Assembly: GCA_038212275.1 (NCBI GenBank)
Contig: JBBQUR010000005.1
Location: 138,911 to 202,910, forward strand
DNA: 64,000 nt
DNA from: Planctomycetota bacterium
Lineage (GTDB): Bacteria > Planctomycetota > B15-G4
Direction: 5' to 3'
Part shown: positions 50,047 to 60,265 of the stretch, one piece after another
Position numbering within the stretch: the first letter of the stretch is position 1
Layout of the letters: each line of letters opens with the position of its first letter
Notes under the pieces: generated by a model
What the model saw: only the letters and a program-made list of their open reading frames with translations
What the model was told of the DNA's origin: nothing
The model's database searches: none
Made by a program: the position numbers and the translations under genes

Positions 50047-50939
50047 GTCACCGCATGCCGCAACTCGTCGCCGCGCTGCTGCTGCTGGCCTCGTCGGCGT
50101 GGCTGGCGCACGCGGCGCCGTCGCTCGGCCCGTCGCGCGGCGACGCGCACCCGTCCGGCGGGGAGACACGCGCCGTGGGCGACGCCGCGCGTGACGAGGA
50201 GCCGCTGGCCCGCGCACTGCAGCCGCTCGGGCCGGTGCGCGCGCTCATCAGCTCGGCGCTGTGGGTCCGACTGCTGCACGACCAGATGTCCGGCGACTCC
50301 GACGAGGCCGCCGCGCTGGCGCGCGCGCTGCTCACGCTGCACCCGGCGCTGAGCACGGTGCGCGAATACCTCGCCGGTCAGCTGCTCGTCACGGAGGCGC
50401 CGCGGGCGCCTGACCGGGCGCGCCACGATGCGCTCGTGGCGACGGGGCTCACGCTGTTCGAGGAAGGGCTGCTGCTGCCCGGCGGCGAGAGACTTCACGC
50501 CCCGTTCGGCCGCACGCTCGCCGTGCAGACCATGGTGGACGGCCTCTTCGCGCCCGCTGCCGAGCGGGTGCTGGGCGAGATGCCGGAGGAGCGCGCGTTG
50601 CGGGAACTGCTGGCCAGCGGTCCGCAGGGCTTCGATCGCTGGCTGGCCGCCAACCTGGCCCTCGAGCGCGGGCTGCTCGCCTGGCAACTCGACGGCGACC
50701 GCGCGGCGGCGTCGCGCGATCTGGAGCTCGCGCGCTCGCTGCTGCCCCGCTCGGACGCGGACGCGGTCGCGTCGGGTGCCGCGTCGCCCGGGGCCGACGC
50801 AGATGAGATCATGGAGCGCGCCGCTGCACTGCTTGCGCCGTTGCAGGAGGCGCTTCAGTCCGGCCAGCGACCGTCGCGACAGTCACCATCCGATCAGCCA
50901 CCCTCCGATCAGCCAGCTGGCGAGCTGCCCCCGCGATGA
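50043..50939 (+). CDS. Hypothetical exported helical protein (PilG/XapA-like ABC-associated family)
   Basis: Signal peptide; LGPVRALISSALWVR, LTLHP...VREYLA, GLTLFEEG. GTGA overlap; alternative ATG at 50055. Confidence 0.55.
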   Translation: MSHRMPQLVAALLLLASSAWLAHAAPSLGPSRGDAHPSGGETRAVGDAARDEEPLARALQPLGPVRALISSALWVRLLHDQMSGDSDEAAALARALLTLHPALSTVREYLAGQLLVTEAPRAPDRARHDALVATGLTLFEEGLLLPGGERLHAPFGRTLAVQTMVDGLFAPAAERVLGEMPEERALRELLASGPQGFDRWLAANLALERGLLAWQLDGDRAAASRDLELARSLLPRSDADAVASGAASPGADADEIMERAAALLAPLQEALQSGQRPSRQSPSDQPPSDQPAGELPPR

Positions 50940-50946
50940 CCCCACG

Positions 50947-52764
50947 ATGACAAGCCGCCTGCTGCTCCTCGCCATCCTGCTGGGCGTGCTCGCCCGGATC
51001 GTCGTCGCCACGCAGCACGTCCATCCCCGCGGGGATGTGCTGCTCGATGCGGGCGTCGCGGCGAGCCTTGCACAGGGGAGTGGTTTCCATGCCGGCTTCG
51101 AGCGCGGCACGTCGCTGGTCGAGGGCGACGGCCCCGTGCCGCAGCAGGACCTGGCGGACCAGCACCCGCCGCTCTGGCCGCTGCTGGGCGCGGCCGCCAG
51201 CGTGGTGACCGGCTCGGCCTTCAGCGGGCTGAAGCTGATGTCGCTGCTGTGCGGTCTCCTCGTGCTGGTGCTCGTGTGGCGGCAGGCGGATCGGCTCACC
51301 GAGGGCATCAACGGCGCGCCGGACGGTCTGCCCGCGCTGGCCTGCGCGCTCGTCGCGTGGTCCTTCGTGGCCATCGATGCCAGCGGCAACGGTTCGCTCT
51401 ACGCCGCGCAGGCCTGCGTCGTGCTGCTGCTCATGGAGTTTCTGGCGGCGGAGAAGCCGAGCGCGCTGCGCCTCGGACTGCTGCTCGGCGCGGCGTGGTT
51501 GCTCAACTACCAGGCGCTCGTGCTGCTGCCGGTGCCGCTGGCCGTGCTGCTGCTGGCGCCGCCGGGCGGCTCACGCGGCCGCGCCCTGCTCACCGGTTGC
51601 GGCGCGCTGGCCGTCGCGGCGGCCGTGCAGCTGCCGTGGTGGTGGCGCAACGTGCAGGAGTTCGGCTCGCCCTTCCACAGCATGAATGCGCTGTACGTGC
51701 TGAGCGCTGCAGGCGTGCAACCTCTGGCCGGCGTCGTGGACGGTGTGCCCGTCGCGCGCTTTCCCGACATGTCGCTGCTGCAGGCCATGTGGCGCGGTGC
51801 CGGCGGCTGGGTGCCTGGCAACGTGCTCTACGTGTTCGGCAGCGGCCTGCTGCTCTGGCCCGGGCTGTTCGGCCTGACGCTGGCGGGCCTGCCGCTGCTC
51901 GCGCTGGGTGGCGTGCGCCGCGCCGACCGCCGGCTGCTCACCGCGATGCTCTGCCTGGGCGCGTTGCTCGCGATCGCGCTTGCGTGGCCGGGCATGAAGC
52001 TGCGCTACCTCGTGGCCTGCACGCCGCTCGTCGTGCTGCTCGGCGTGCGCATGCTGGCCGTCGTGCCGACGCGCGCTGAGCGCTGGCTGGCGCTGCTGGC
52101 CGTGCTGGGCTGGGTGGCGCTGCTGCTCGGCACGCTGGGCGACCTGACCGGCAGCGAATCGGCGCCGCGCCCGGAGCGCTGGAAACTCATGGCGGGCGGC
52201 GGCGCGGTCTTCCTGGTGCTGCCGCTGCTGCTGCGGCACACGCAGCTGGCGGGCCGGGGCCTGAGAGTCGCACTCTGCAGCGGCGTGCTCGCGATGCCGG
52301 CGCTGGCCGTGCTGTCCCTGTGGCCGTGGCCGCACACCGCGTATCACTCGGCGGTGCTGGTGCCCGACGTGTACGGCCAGCAGAAGGAACAAGTCGATGC
52401 CCGCGCGGCGGCGACGGCCGCGGCGGCTCGGCCGGCACTGGTCGAAGCCGTCCGGACGATGCGCGAGGGCGGACAAAGCGATGCCGCGCTGGCCGGGCCG
52501 CTCGAGCTGCTGGCCTTCGGCGAGCTGCCGCTTGTCAGCCTGCCCTTCGGCGCGGGCAGCACGATCGGTGACGAGGCGCTGGCCGCGCTCATCGATGCCG
52601 GACGCGTCCGTGCGGTCTTCACGTTTTCGCGCCAGGGCTGGCCCGAGGGACTGCAGGTCGGCGAGACCTGGCTGTCGGGACGCCTGCTCGTCACGGGGAC
52701 GTGGGCGCCGAAGGACGACCCGCCCGGCATGACGGGCGCCATGCTGTCGGTGGTCGCACGCTGA
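50947..52764 (+). CDS. GT-C fold (ArnT/PMT-like, GT39/83) membrane glycosyltransferase
   Basis: GD after TM1, HPPLWPLL, many TM segments, PWWWRN...FGSP, RYL...P. Confidence 0.75.
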   Translation: MTSRLLLLAILLGVLARIVVATQHVHPRGDVLLDAGVAASLAQGSGFHAGFERGTSLVEGDGPVPQQDLADQHPPLWPLLGAAASVVTGSAFSGLKLMSLLCGLLVLVLVWRQADRLTEGINGAPDGLPALACALVAWSFVAIDASGNGSLYAAQACVVLLLMEFLAAEKPSALRLGLLLGAAWLLNYQALVLLPVPLAVLLLAPPGGSRGRALLTGCGALAVAAAVQLPWWWRNVQEFGSPFHSMNALYVLSAAGVQPLAGVVDGVPVARFPDMSLLQAMWRGAGGWVPGNVLYVFGSGLLLWPGLFGLTLAGLPLLALGGVRRADRRLLTAMLCLGALLAIALAWPGMKLRYLVACTPLVVLLGVRMLAVVPTRAERWLALLAVLGWVALLLGTLGDLTGSESAPRPERWKLMAGGGAVFLVLPLLLRHTQLAGRGLRVALCSGVLAMPALAVLSLWPWPHTAYHSAVLVPDVYGQQKEQVDARAAATAAAARPALVEAVRTMREGGQSDAALAGPLELLAFGELPLVSLPFGAGSTIGDEALAALIDAGRVRAVFTFSRQGWPEGLQVGETWLSGRLLVTGTWAPKDDPPGMTGAMLSVVAR

Positions 52765-54869
52765 TGATGCCGCTCCTGCTGGCGTGGTTGGTGCTGGTGC
52801 CGCTGCTGCCGCTGTTGCCCATCGACACCAACCTGGCGTGGTATCTGCACCTGGCGCTCGTGGCCGGGCTCAGCGCGGTCGCTCTGTGGCGGCTGCTGGC
52901 CGCCCGCGCACCCGGGGCGGCTGCGACGCACGGAGCGCAGCCGCTCGCGGCGGCGTTCGGCCCGCTGCGCCTGGGATTGCCCGGGGTCAGCATTGGTCTT
53001 GCCGTGCTCTCGCTGGGACTGGCGATCGGCTTCGCGCGACGCGAGGCACCGGTGCAGGAGATGCTCGTCGCGGCTCTGACCGGGATCGCGCACGCGGCCT
53101 TCTTCCTGCTGTGCCTCGGCCTGCTGCCCGATGCGGACGCCGATCCGGCGAGCGTGCGCCGCACGCGCCTGTGGCTGGCGACCGCGCTCGGGCTGCTGCT
53201 CGCCGGGCAGTTGGTGGCAGTCCTGCTCGAGGGGCAGCTCTTCGATCCGCTGCATCGGCCCGACGGCACGCTCGGCAACCCGAACGTGCTGGGCACCTTG
53301 ATCGGCGCCACGATGCTGGCGCTCATCGGCCTGCTCGCGTTGCGCGGGGCGCGCCTGCTCTTTCTGCTGCCGCTACTGCCCTTTCTGCTCTTGTCCCGGT
53401 CGCGTGGCGCCGTGGCGGCCACCGGCCTGACGCTGCTGTTGCTCGCGGTGCACTGGAGATTGCGCGCGCTGCTCGTCGCGCTGGGGGTGCTCGTGGTGCT
53501 GGTGGTGATCGTGCCGAACCCGCTGCGCGAGCGGGTGGCGAACCTGGAATCGGAGCACGACTTCTCCCGGCCGTTCCTCTGGCAGAGCGCCATCGAGCGC
53601 AGCGCGGAGCGGCCGCTGGGCATCGGCCCGGGCATGAATCGCTATGAATTTCTCGCGCACGCCTTCGACGCGGAGCACCCGTGGCTGCTGCATCAGCGGC
53701 GCGGCATCGGACTGACGCACAACGTGTTCACCACGCTCTGGCTGGAATGGGGCTGGCTGGCGGGCGCTTCGCTGCTGGTGCTCACCGTCTTCGTGGCGCG
53801 ACGCCTGCTGCGCACCCGGCTGCGCGATGACGACCCGCTGGCCCTGGGCTCGGCGCTTGGCGCCTGCGTGCTCTTCCTCGAGTTGCAGGTGGACGGCATC
53901 GAGCAGAACCCCGTCGCCTTCTCGGTCTTCCTGCTGCTGCTGGCGGCGGCGTTCACGCGGATGCGGCATCGCGGACAGGAGCGCGGCATGGCGCTGCCGC
54001 GGCCGCTGGCGGCAGCCGGTCTGCTGGCGATCGGGCTCACGCTCGTGGCGGGGGCCGGCTGGCGCGCGGTGGAGGTCTCGCGGCTGCGCGATGCGCAGGC
54101 TCTCGTGGCGGAGTTCGAGGTAGCCCATGCCCCGGCGGGAGCCGGCGACGGCAAGGCCGCTGCACCCGCGAGCGCGGGCGGGGGGCCCGCGGTCGAGACG
54201 GTCCGGGAGGCGCTGAATGCGGCCGAGCGCGTGCTGCCCCGCGACGCGGACAGCTCGCTGGCGCGCTTCCTCTTCGAGCGCAATCGCGTGCTGCGGCTGG
54301 CCGACCAGCAGCTGGCCGATGCCGCGATGCGCAAGCAGCGCGATGCGGTGATCGCGGACGCCACGGCCCAGGCCTTTGCAGCGCTCGCGCGGGCGCGCAA
54401 CGCCGACGGCCTGGACCCGGAGCTGCCCGAGCTGGGCGCGCAGTTCGCCTTGCAGCGCTTCTACAAGCTGGGCCGGGCGCCCGACGACCTGGCGACGTAT
54501 CTGCAGCTCAAGCAGGCCGCGCTGGCCCTCGATCCCCTGGATGTCGACGGGCGCTGGGACCTCGCCCAGGAGGCTCAGCGAAATCACCAGGTCGCTCTGG
54601 CGGAGAGGGAGCAGGCGGCGGTCTTCGCGCTGGAGCCCGACTACGCCCACGTCTGGTACGTCCTGGCCCGGCTGGCCCAGGCGGGCGGAGACCGGGAGCG
54701 CAGCCTGTACTGCTATGTCCGGGCGGCCGAGGCGGTGCTGAACTGCCAGATCAAGGTCCGGATCGCCAACCCGGCCAGCCAGGTCTTCTTTCAGCGCAAT
54801 CTGGATCAGGTGGACCTGGTCGAGGTGTGGAAGCGGGTCTGGGACCTGCGGCGGGAACTGTACTTCTAG
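52764..54869 (+). CDS. O-antigen ligase / O-oligosaccharyltransferase-like protein with a C-terminal TPR region
   Basis: GTLGNPN, SRSRGA, R..LW, PLGIGPG, HNVF...WLEWG (Wzy_C), then TPR-like helices. Confidence 0.85.
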   Translation: MMPLLLAWLVLVPLLPLLPIDTNLAWYLHLALVAGLSAVALWRLLAARAPGAAATHGAQPLAAAFGPLRLGLPGVSIGLAVLSLGLAIGFARREAPVQEMLVAALTGIAHAAFFLLCLGLLPDADADPASVRRTRLWLATALGLLLAGQLVAVLLEGQLFDPLHRPDGTLGNPNVLGTLIGATMLALIGLLALRGARLLFLLPLLPFLLLSRSRGAVAATGLTLLLLAVHWRLRALLVALGVLVVLVVIVPNPLRERVANLESEHDFSRPFLWQSAIERSAERPLGIGPGMNRYEFLAHAFDAEHPWLLHQRRGIGLTHNVFTTLWLEWGWLAGASLLVLTVFVARRLLRTRLRDDDPLALGSALGACVLFLELQVDGIEQNPVAFSVFLLLLAAAFTRMRHRGQERGMALPRPLAAAGLLAIGLTLVAGAGWRAVEVSRLRDAQALVAEFEVAHAPAGAGDGKAAAPASAGGGPAVETVREALNAAERVLPRDADSSLARFLFERNRVLRLADQQLADAAMRKQRDAVIADATAQAFAALARARNADGLDPELPELGAQFALQRFYKLGRAPDDLATYLQLKQAALALDPLDVDGRWDLAQEAQRNHQVALAEREQAAVFALEPDYAHVWYVLARLAQAGGDRERSLYCYVRAAEAVLNCQIKVRIANPASQVFFQRNLDQVDLVEVWKRVWDLRRELYF

Positions 54870-54941
54870 GGGGGGTGCCCGTATCCTCTCCCCCTTTTGC
54901 CAGCCCCTTTCAGTTCCTGAACCCGCGGGACCCCACCGTTC

Positions 54942-56993
54942 ATGGACAGCCTCCTCACCGAGCAGACGTCGCTCTACGCGGCACTCGCCGCGCTGCTCTT
55001 CGCCTTCCTGCTCTCGGCCAAGATCGCCAGGCTTCCGGCCGGCGACGAGAAGATGCAGAAGATCGCCCTCGCGATCCGTACCGGCGCCAAGGCCTTCCTG
55101 ACCACCGAGTACAAGGTCATCGCGGCCTTCGTCGCGGTCATCGCGACGGCGCTGTACTTCCTGGGGGCCCCGGACGACGCGGGGAGGACTCCGATCTGCT
55201 TCGTCGCCGGCGCCTTCTGCTCGGCGCTCGCGGGCTGGCTGGGCATGAACACCGCGACGCACGCCAACGTGCGCACGACCGCCGCGGCGCGGACCAGCCT
55301 CAAGGACGCGCTCGACGTGGCCTTCAGCTCAGGCATGGTCATGGGTCTATGCGTCGTCGGCCTCGGGCTCGGCGGCGTGACCGTGCTCTATCTCGTCTAT
55401 CACGATCCGCGGCCGCTCTTCGGTTTCGGCTTCGGCGCGTCCTCGATCGCGCTCTTCGCGCGCGTCGGCGGCGGTATCTTCACCAAGGCGGCTGACGTCG
55501 GCGCGGACCTGGTCGGCAAGGTCGAGGCGGGCATCCCCGAGGACGACCCGCGCAACCCGGCCGTCGTGGCCGACAACGTGGGCGACAACGTCGGCGACGT
55601 GGCGGGCATGGGCGCGGACCTCTTCGAGTCCTACGTGGGCTCGATCGTCGCCACCATGGCCATCGGCGCGGTGATCGTCTCCAAGTCGCCGGGGCTCAAC
55701 TCGGACATCGTGCTGCTGCCGCTCTACCTGTCGGCCTTCGGCATCGTCGGTTCGCTCGTCGGGCGCTTCTTCGTGAAGACCAATGACGAGGGCAAGCTCA
55801 ACTCGGCGCTGTTCCGCGGCCTCGTCGTGGCCTCCATCGTGTTCATCGGGCTGGCCTGGTTCTTCATGCAGAAGCTGTCGCTGAGCTTCACGAACCTCGC
55901 CGGCAAGAGCGTCGACGGCATGGACATCTTCTGGTCCGTGGTGACCGGCCTGGCGCTCGGCGTCACGGTGGGCAAGATCACGGAGTACTACACGTCCGAG
56001 AAGGGCAAGCCGGTCCGCAAGATCGCGGAGCAGAGCCAGACGGGCGCGGCCACGAACCTGATCGCCGGACTCGCGACGGGCATGACCAGCACGTGGGCGC
56101 CGGTGTGCCTCATCGCGCTCGCGGTCGTGCTCGCCTACAACTTCGCGGGCCTCTACGGCATCTCGATCGCCGCGGTCGGCATGCTCTCCACCCTGGGCAT
56201 CTCGCTGGGTGTCGACGCGTACGGCCCCGTGGCCGACAACGCGGGCGGCATCGCCGAGATGAGCCACTGCCCGCCGGACGTGCGCAAGCGCACGGACAGC
56301 CTGGACGCGGCCGGAAACACGACGGCCGCCATCGGCAAGGGCTTCGCCATCGGTTCGGCCGCGCTCACCGCGCTGGCTCTCTTCCAGGGCTACGCCACGC
56401 AGGTCGGCGTGCTGCGCGGCGAGCCGCTCTCGCTGGATCTCACGCGTCCGGACGTCATCGCCGGCGCGCTCATCGGCGCGATGCTGCCCTTCCTCTTCAG
56501 CTCCATGTGCATGACGGCGGTCGGACGCGCGGCGTTCAAGATCGTCGAAGAGGTGCGCCGCCAGTTCAAGACCATCAAGGGCCTCATGGAAGGCACGGCG
56601 GAGCCGGACACGGCACGTTGCGTGGCCATCGCGACGCAGTCCGCCATCCGCGAGATGATCGTGCCGGGCCTGCTCGCCGTCGCCATTCCGGTGGCTGTCG
56701 GTGCGCTGTGGTCGGCCGAGGCGCTGGGCGGCCTGCTCGCCGGCGCGACGCTCTCCGGCGTCATGATGGCCATCTTCATGGCCAACGCCGGCGGTGCGTG
56801 GGACAACGCCAAGAAGCACATCGAGGCGGGCGCGTACGGCGGCAAGGGCAGCGCGACGCACAAGGCGGCCGTCGTGGGCGACACCGTCGGCGATCCCTTC
56901 AAGGACACGGCCGGCCCCGCGATGAACATCCTCATCAAGCTCATGTGCATCGTGGCCGTCGTCGCTGCGCCGATCATCTTTGGCAAGCACTAA
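54942..56993 (+). CDS. hppA: Membrane-bound K+-dependent (probably Na+-translocating) pyrophosphatase
   Basis: [73 protein letters not shown]. Confidence 0.97.
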   Translation: MDSLLTEQTSLYAALAALLFAFLLSAKIARLPAGDEKMQKIALAIRTGAKAFLTTEYKVIAAFVAVIATALYFLGAPDDAGRTPICFVAGAFCSALAGWLGMNTATHANVRTTAAARTSLKDALDVAFSSGMVMGLCVVGLGLGGVTVLYLVYHDPRPLFGFGFGASSIALFARVGGGIFTKAADVGADLVGKVEAGIPEDDPRNPAVVADNVGDNVGDVAGMGADLFESYVGSIVATMAIGAVIVSKSPGLNSDIVLLPLYLSAFGIVGSLVGRFFVKTNDEGKLNSALFRGLVVASIVFIGLAWFFMQKLSLSFTNLAGKSVDGMDIFWSVVTGLALGVTVGKITEYYTSEKGKPVRKIAEQSQTGAATNLIAGLATGMTSTWAPVCLIALAVVLAYNFAGLYGISIAAVGMLSTLGISLGVDAYGPVADNAGGIAEMSHCPPDVRKRTDSLDAAGNTTAAIGKGFAIGSAALTALALFQGYATQVGVLRGEPLSLDLTRPDVIAGALIGAMLPFLFSSMCMTAVGRAAFKIVEEVRRQFKTIKGLMEGTAEPDTARCVAIATQSAIREMIVPGLLAVAIPVAVGALWSAEALGGLLAGATLSGVMMAIFMANAGGAWDNAKKHIEAGAYGGKGSATHKAAVVGDTVGDPFKDTAGPAMNILIKLMCIVAVVAAPIIFGKH

Positions 56994-57605
56994 GCGCTCG
57001 TCGGCAGGCGGCAGCAAGGGGCCCGCGGGCGGCGCAGCACCGGCACGTCCCGATGTGGACCGCGAGCAGGGGCAGCTCTGCGCACGCGTGGCGCTGGACC
57101 GTCAGGCCCGTGAAGTGCGCCTGCTCTTCGTCGGCGAGCTGCTGGGCATCGCCGAGTATTTCGTGCTGGCGACGGTGCACAACCGGCGGCAGGCGCGCGC
57201 CATCCGCGACGCCACGCGCGAGGCGCTGAAGGCCGCAGGCTACGGCCCGCCGATGGCCAGCAGCGAGGATCCGGACGGACGCTGGTCGCTCTACGACTGG
57301 GGCGTCGTGGTGCTGCACCTCTTCGATGACGAGGGCCGCCGGCACTTCGACCTCGACGGCCTGTGGGCCGGCGCGGAGGAGGTCCCGTTCAAGGACTCAC
57401 CGTCAGGCGCGACAGCCGAGAGCAAGGCGCACCACGCTCCCGCGGAAGCCGCCGAATCCGCGGAGGCCGCTGAGCCTGAGTCGCCTGCAGCCTCCGCAGC
57501 TCCCGCACGAGGCGCGAAGGCCGCGAAGGCCGCGAAATCGATCAAGGCCGTGAAGCCGAAGCCCGCGCGGGCGCCGCGCACAAAGCCCGGACGCGGCCAC
57601 TCGCG

Positions 57606-57609
<4 letters not shown>
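56980..57609 (+). CDS. rsfS: Ribosome silencing factor RsfS (Iojap) with a low-complexity tail
   Basis: IAEYFVLAT...[34 protein letters not shown]. Start is TTG 56980 or GTG 57055. Confidence 0.85.
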
Positions 57610-58457
<848 letters not shown>

Positions 58458-58533
58458 GGGACGGCGGTCGGGCGGTCGGGCGGCCCGCGGCTCCGGCTTC
58501 ATGCCGCCCGCCCGTGCGGACGAAAAGGGCAGC

Positions 58534-60246
58534 ATGGATCCCGACGCGAGCATCGCCTGGCACGAGTGGAGCGATGAACTGCTCGCCGTGGCGCGCGAGG
58601 AGCGCCGGCCGGTGCTGCTCTCGCTGGTGGCGGGCTGGGGCCGCTTCTGCCGCGCGATGGACGAGACCACGTGGGCCGACCCGGCCGTGATCGCCGCCGT
58701 GACGGAGCATGCGCTCGCGGTGCGCGTGGACAAGGACGCGCGCCCCGACATCGAGGCGCGCTACGGCCAGGGAGGCTGGCCCGGCACCGTGATCCTCGGC
58801 CCCGAGGGCGAGGTGCTCGCGGGCGGCACCTTCTTCGATGCGCCGACCCTCGTCGCGCTGCTGGGCGATGCCGCGCGCCGCCTGCGCACCGAGGGCCCCG
58901 GCTGGGAGCCCTCGCGCGTGCCGCCGCGGCAGCCGAGCGGCCGGCTGGACGACACGATCCTGCCCGCCATCGAGCAATCGCTGCTGCAGCACTTCGACAG
59001 CCGGCACGGCGGCTTCGGCACCGGCCAGAAATTCCCGCACCCGGAGGCGCTGGACTTCGCGCTGCTGCGCCAGGCCGAGCACGGCAGCCCGCGTTTGCGC
59101 GAGGTCATCGAGAAGACGCTCTCGCACATGGCCGAGGGCGGCCTGGCCGACCCGGTGGACGGCGGCTTCTTCCGCTTCTGCGCCAGTCGCGACTGGCGCT
59201 CGCCGCACACCGAGAAGCTGCTCGAGGCGAATGCCGGCCTGGCCCGCAACTACCTCGAGGCCGGCCAGCTCATGCAGCGCAGCGACTTCCTCGAGCAGGG
59301 GGCGCGCACGACCGAGGCGCTGCTCGCGCTCTTCCTCGACCGCGACGCCGGACTCTTCCACGCCAGCCTCGATGCCGACGACGAGTACTACGCGCAGGAC
59401 GCCGCGGGACGGCGGACGCGCGCCGCGCCCCTGCGCGACGGGCGTTTCCTCGCCGATGCCAACGCGCGTGCGATCTCCGCGCTGCTCAAGGCCGGCGCCG
59501 TGCTGCGCCGGCCGGAGTTCACGCAGGCCGCGCTGGCCGTCTCGTCCGCCCTGCTGGAGCGTCTCTGGCGGCCGGGGCGCGGCATGTTGCACGGAGACGA
59601 CGGCGCCGGCCGACGCCTCCCCGGCCTGCTGCGCGATCAGGCCGAGACCGCCCGCGCGCTGCTGCACCTGCTGCAGTACACGGATGACCGGCGCATGCTG
59701 CCCGCGCTGCAGGACCTGCTGCAGGCGATTGCCGGCGAACTCGCGAACGCGTCGGCGGGGGCCGGCTCGGGGAGGGCGGCCGCGCCGCGCGAGGCCGACA
59801 TCCTCGATGGCGCGGTGGCCGCCGAGGCGCTGCTGCGTGGCGCGCTCTGCTTCGGCCGCCCGGCGTGGGAGCAGCTCGCGCGCGAGGCGCTGTCGCGCCA
59901 CACGGGCGACTTCCGCCGCTCCGGCTACGCGATGGCGGCCTGGGGGCGCAGCGTGGAGCTGGTGCTGCACCCGCCGCTGCACATCCTCGTGCTGGGCCGC
60001 GACGACGACCCGGCCACGCTGGCGCTGTTCCGCGCAGCCAACGGCACCTACCTGCCGAGCCGCGTCGTGCAGCGCCTCGACCCGGTGGCGGACGCAGAGC
60101 AGGTGGCGCGCTTCGAACTGCCCGTGCGCGACGAGGCCGTCGCCTACGTCTGCCTCGCGCACGACTGCGCGGCGGAACATCGCGACCCCGCGACGCTGTG
60201 GGCCGCGCTTGCGGCCGCCAACGCGCGGCGCCTGCAGCAGGGTTGA
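58534..60246 (+). CDS. DUF255 thioredoxin-domain protein (YyaL/SSP411-like)
   Basis: IAWHEW, RVDKDARPDI, GGWP, GGFG..KFP, GGFFR, PHTEKLL, ASLDAD, AYVC. Alternative ATG at 58501. Confidence 0.88.
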   Translation: MDPDASIAWHEWSDELLAVAREERRPVLLSLVAGWGRFCRAMDETTWADPAVIAAVTEHALAVRVDKDARPDIEARYGQGGWPGTVILGPEGEVLAGGTFFDAPTLVALLGDAARRLRTEGPGWEPSRVPPRQPSGRLDDTILPAIEQSLLQHFDSRHGGFGTGQKFPHPEALDFALLRQAEHGSPRLREVIEKTLSHMAEGGLADPVDGGFFRFCASRDWRSPHTEKLLEANAGLARNYLEAGQLMQRSDFLEQGARTTEALLALFLDRDAGLFHASLDADDEYYAQDAAGRRTRAAPLRDGRFLADANARAISALLKAGAVLRRPEFTQAALAVSSALLERLWRPGRGMLHGDDGAGRRLPGLLRDQAETARALLHLLQYTDDRRMLPALQDLLQAIAGELANASAGAGSGRAAAPREADILDGAVAAEALLRGALCFGRPAWEQLAREALSRHTGDFRRSGYAMAAWGRSVELVLHPPLHILVLGRDDDPATLALFRAANGTYLPSRVVQRLDPVADAEQVARFELPVRDEAVAYVCLAHDCAAEHRDPATLWAALAAANARRLQQG

Positions 60247-60265
60247 GCGGGCAGCCGCCCTCCGG

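Noticed and set aside
54869-54900. Possible intrinsic terminator (G-run...C-run, TTTT) before hppA
   Set aside because: The stem is short with a long loop. The TATCCT inside is equally consistent with a -10 box, so I did not call it.
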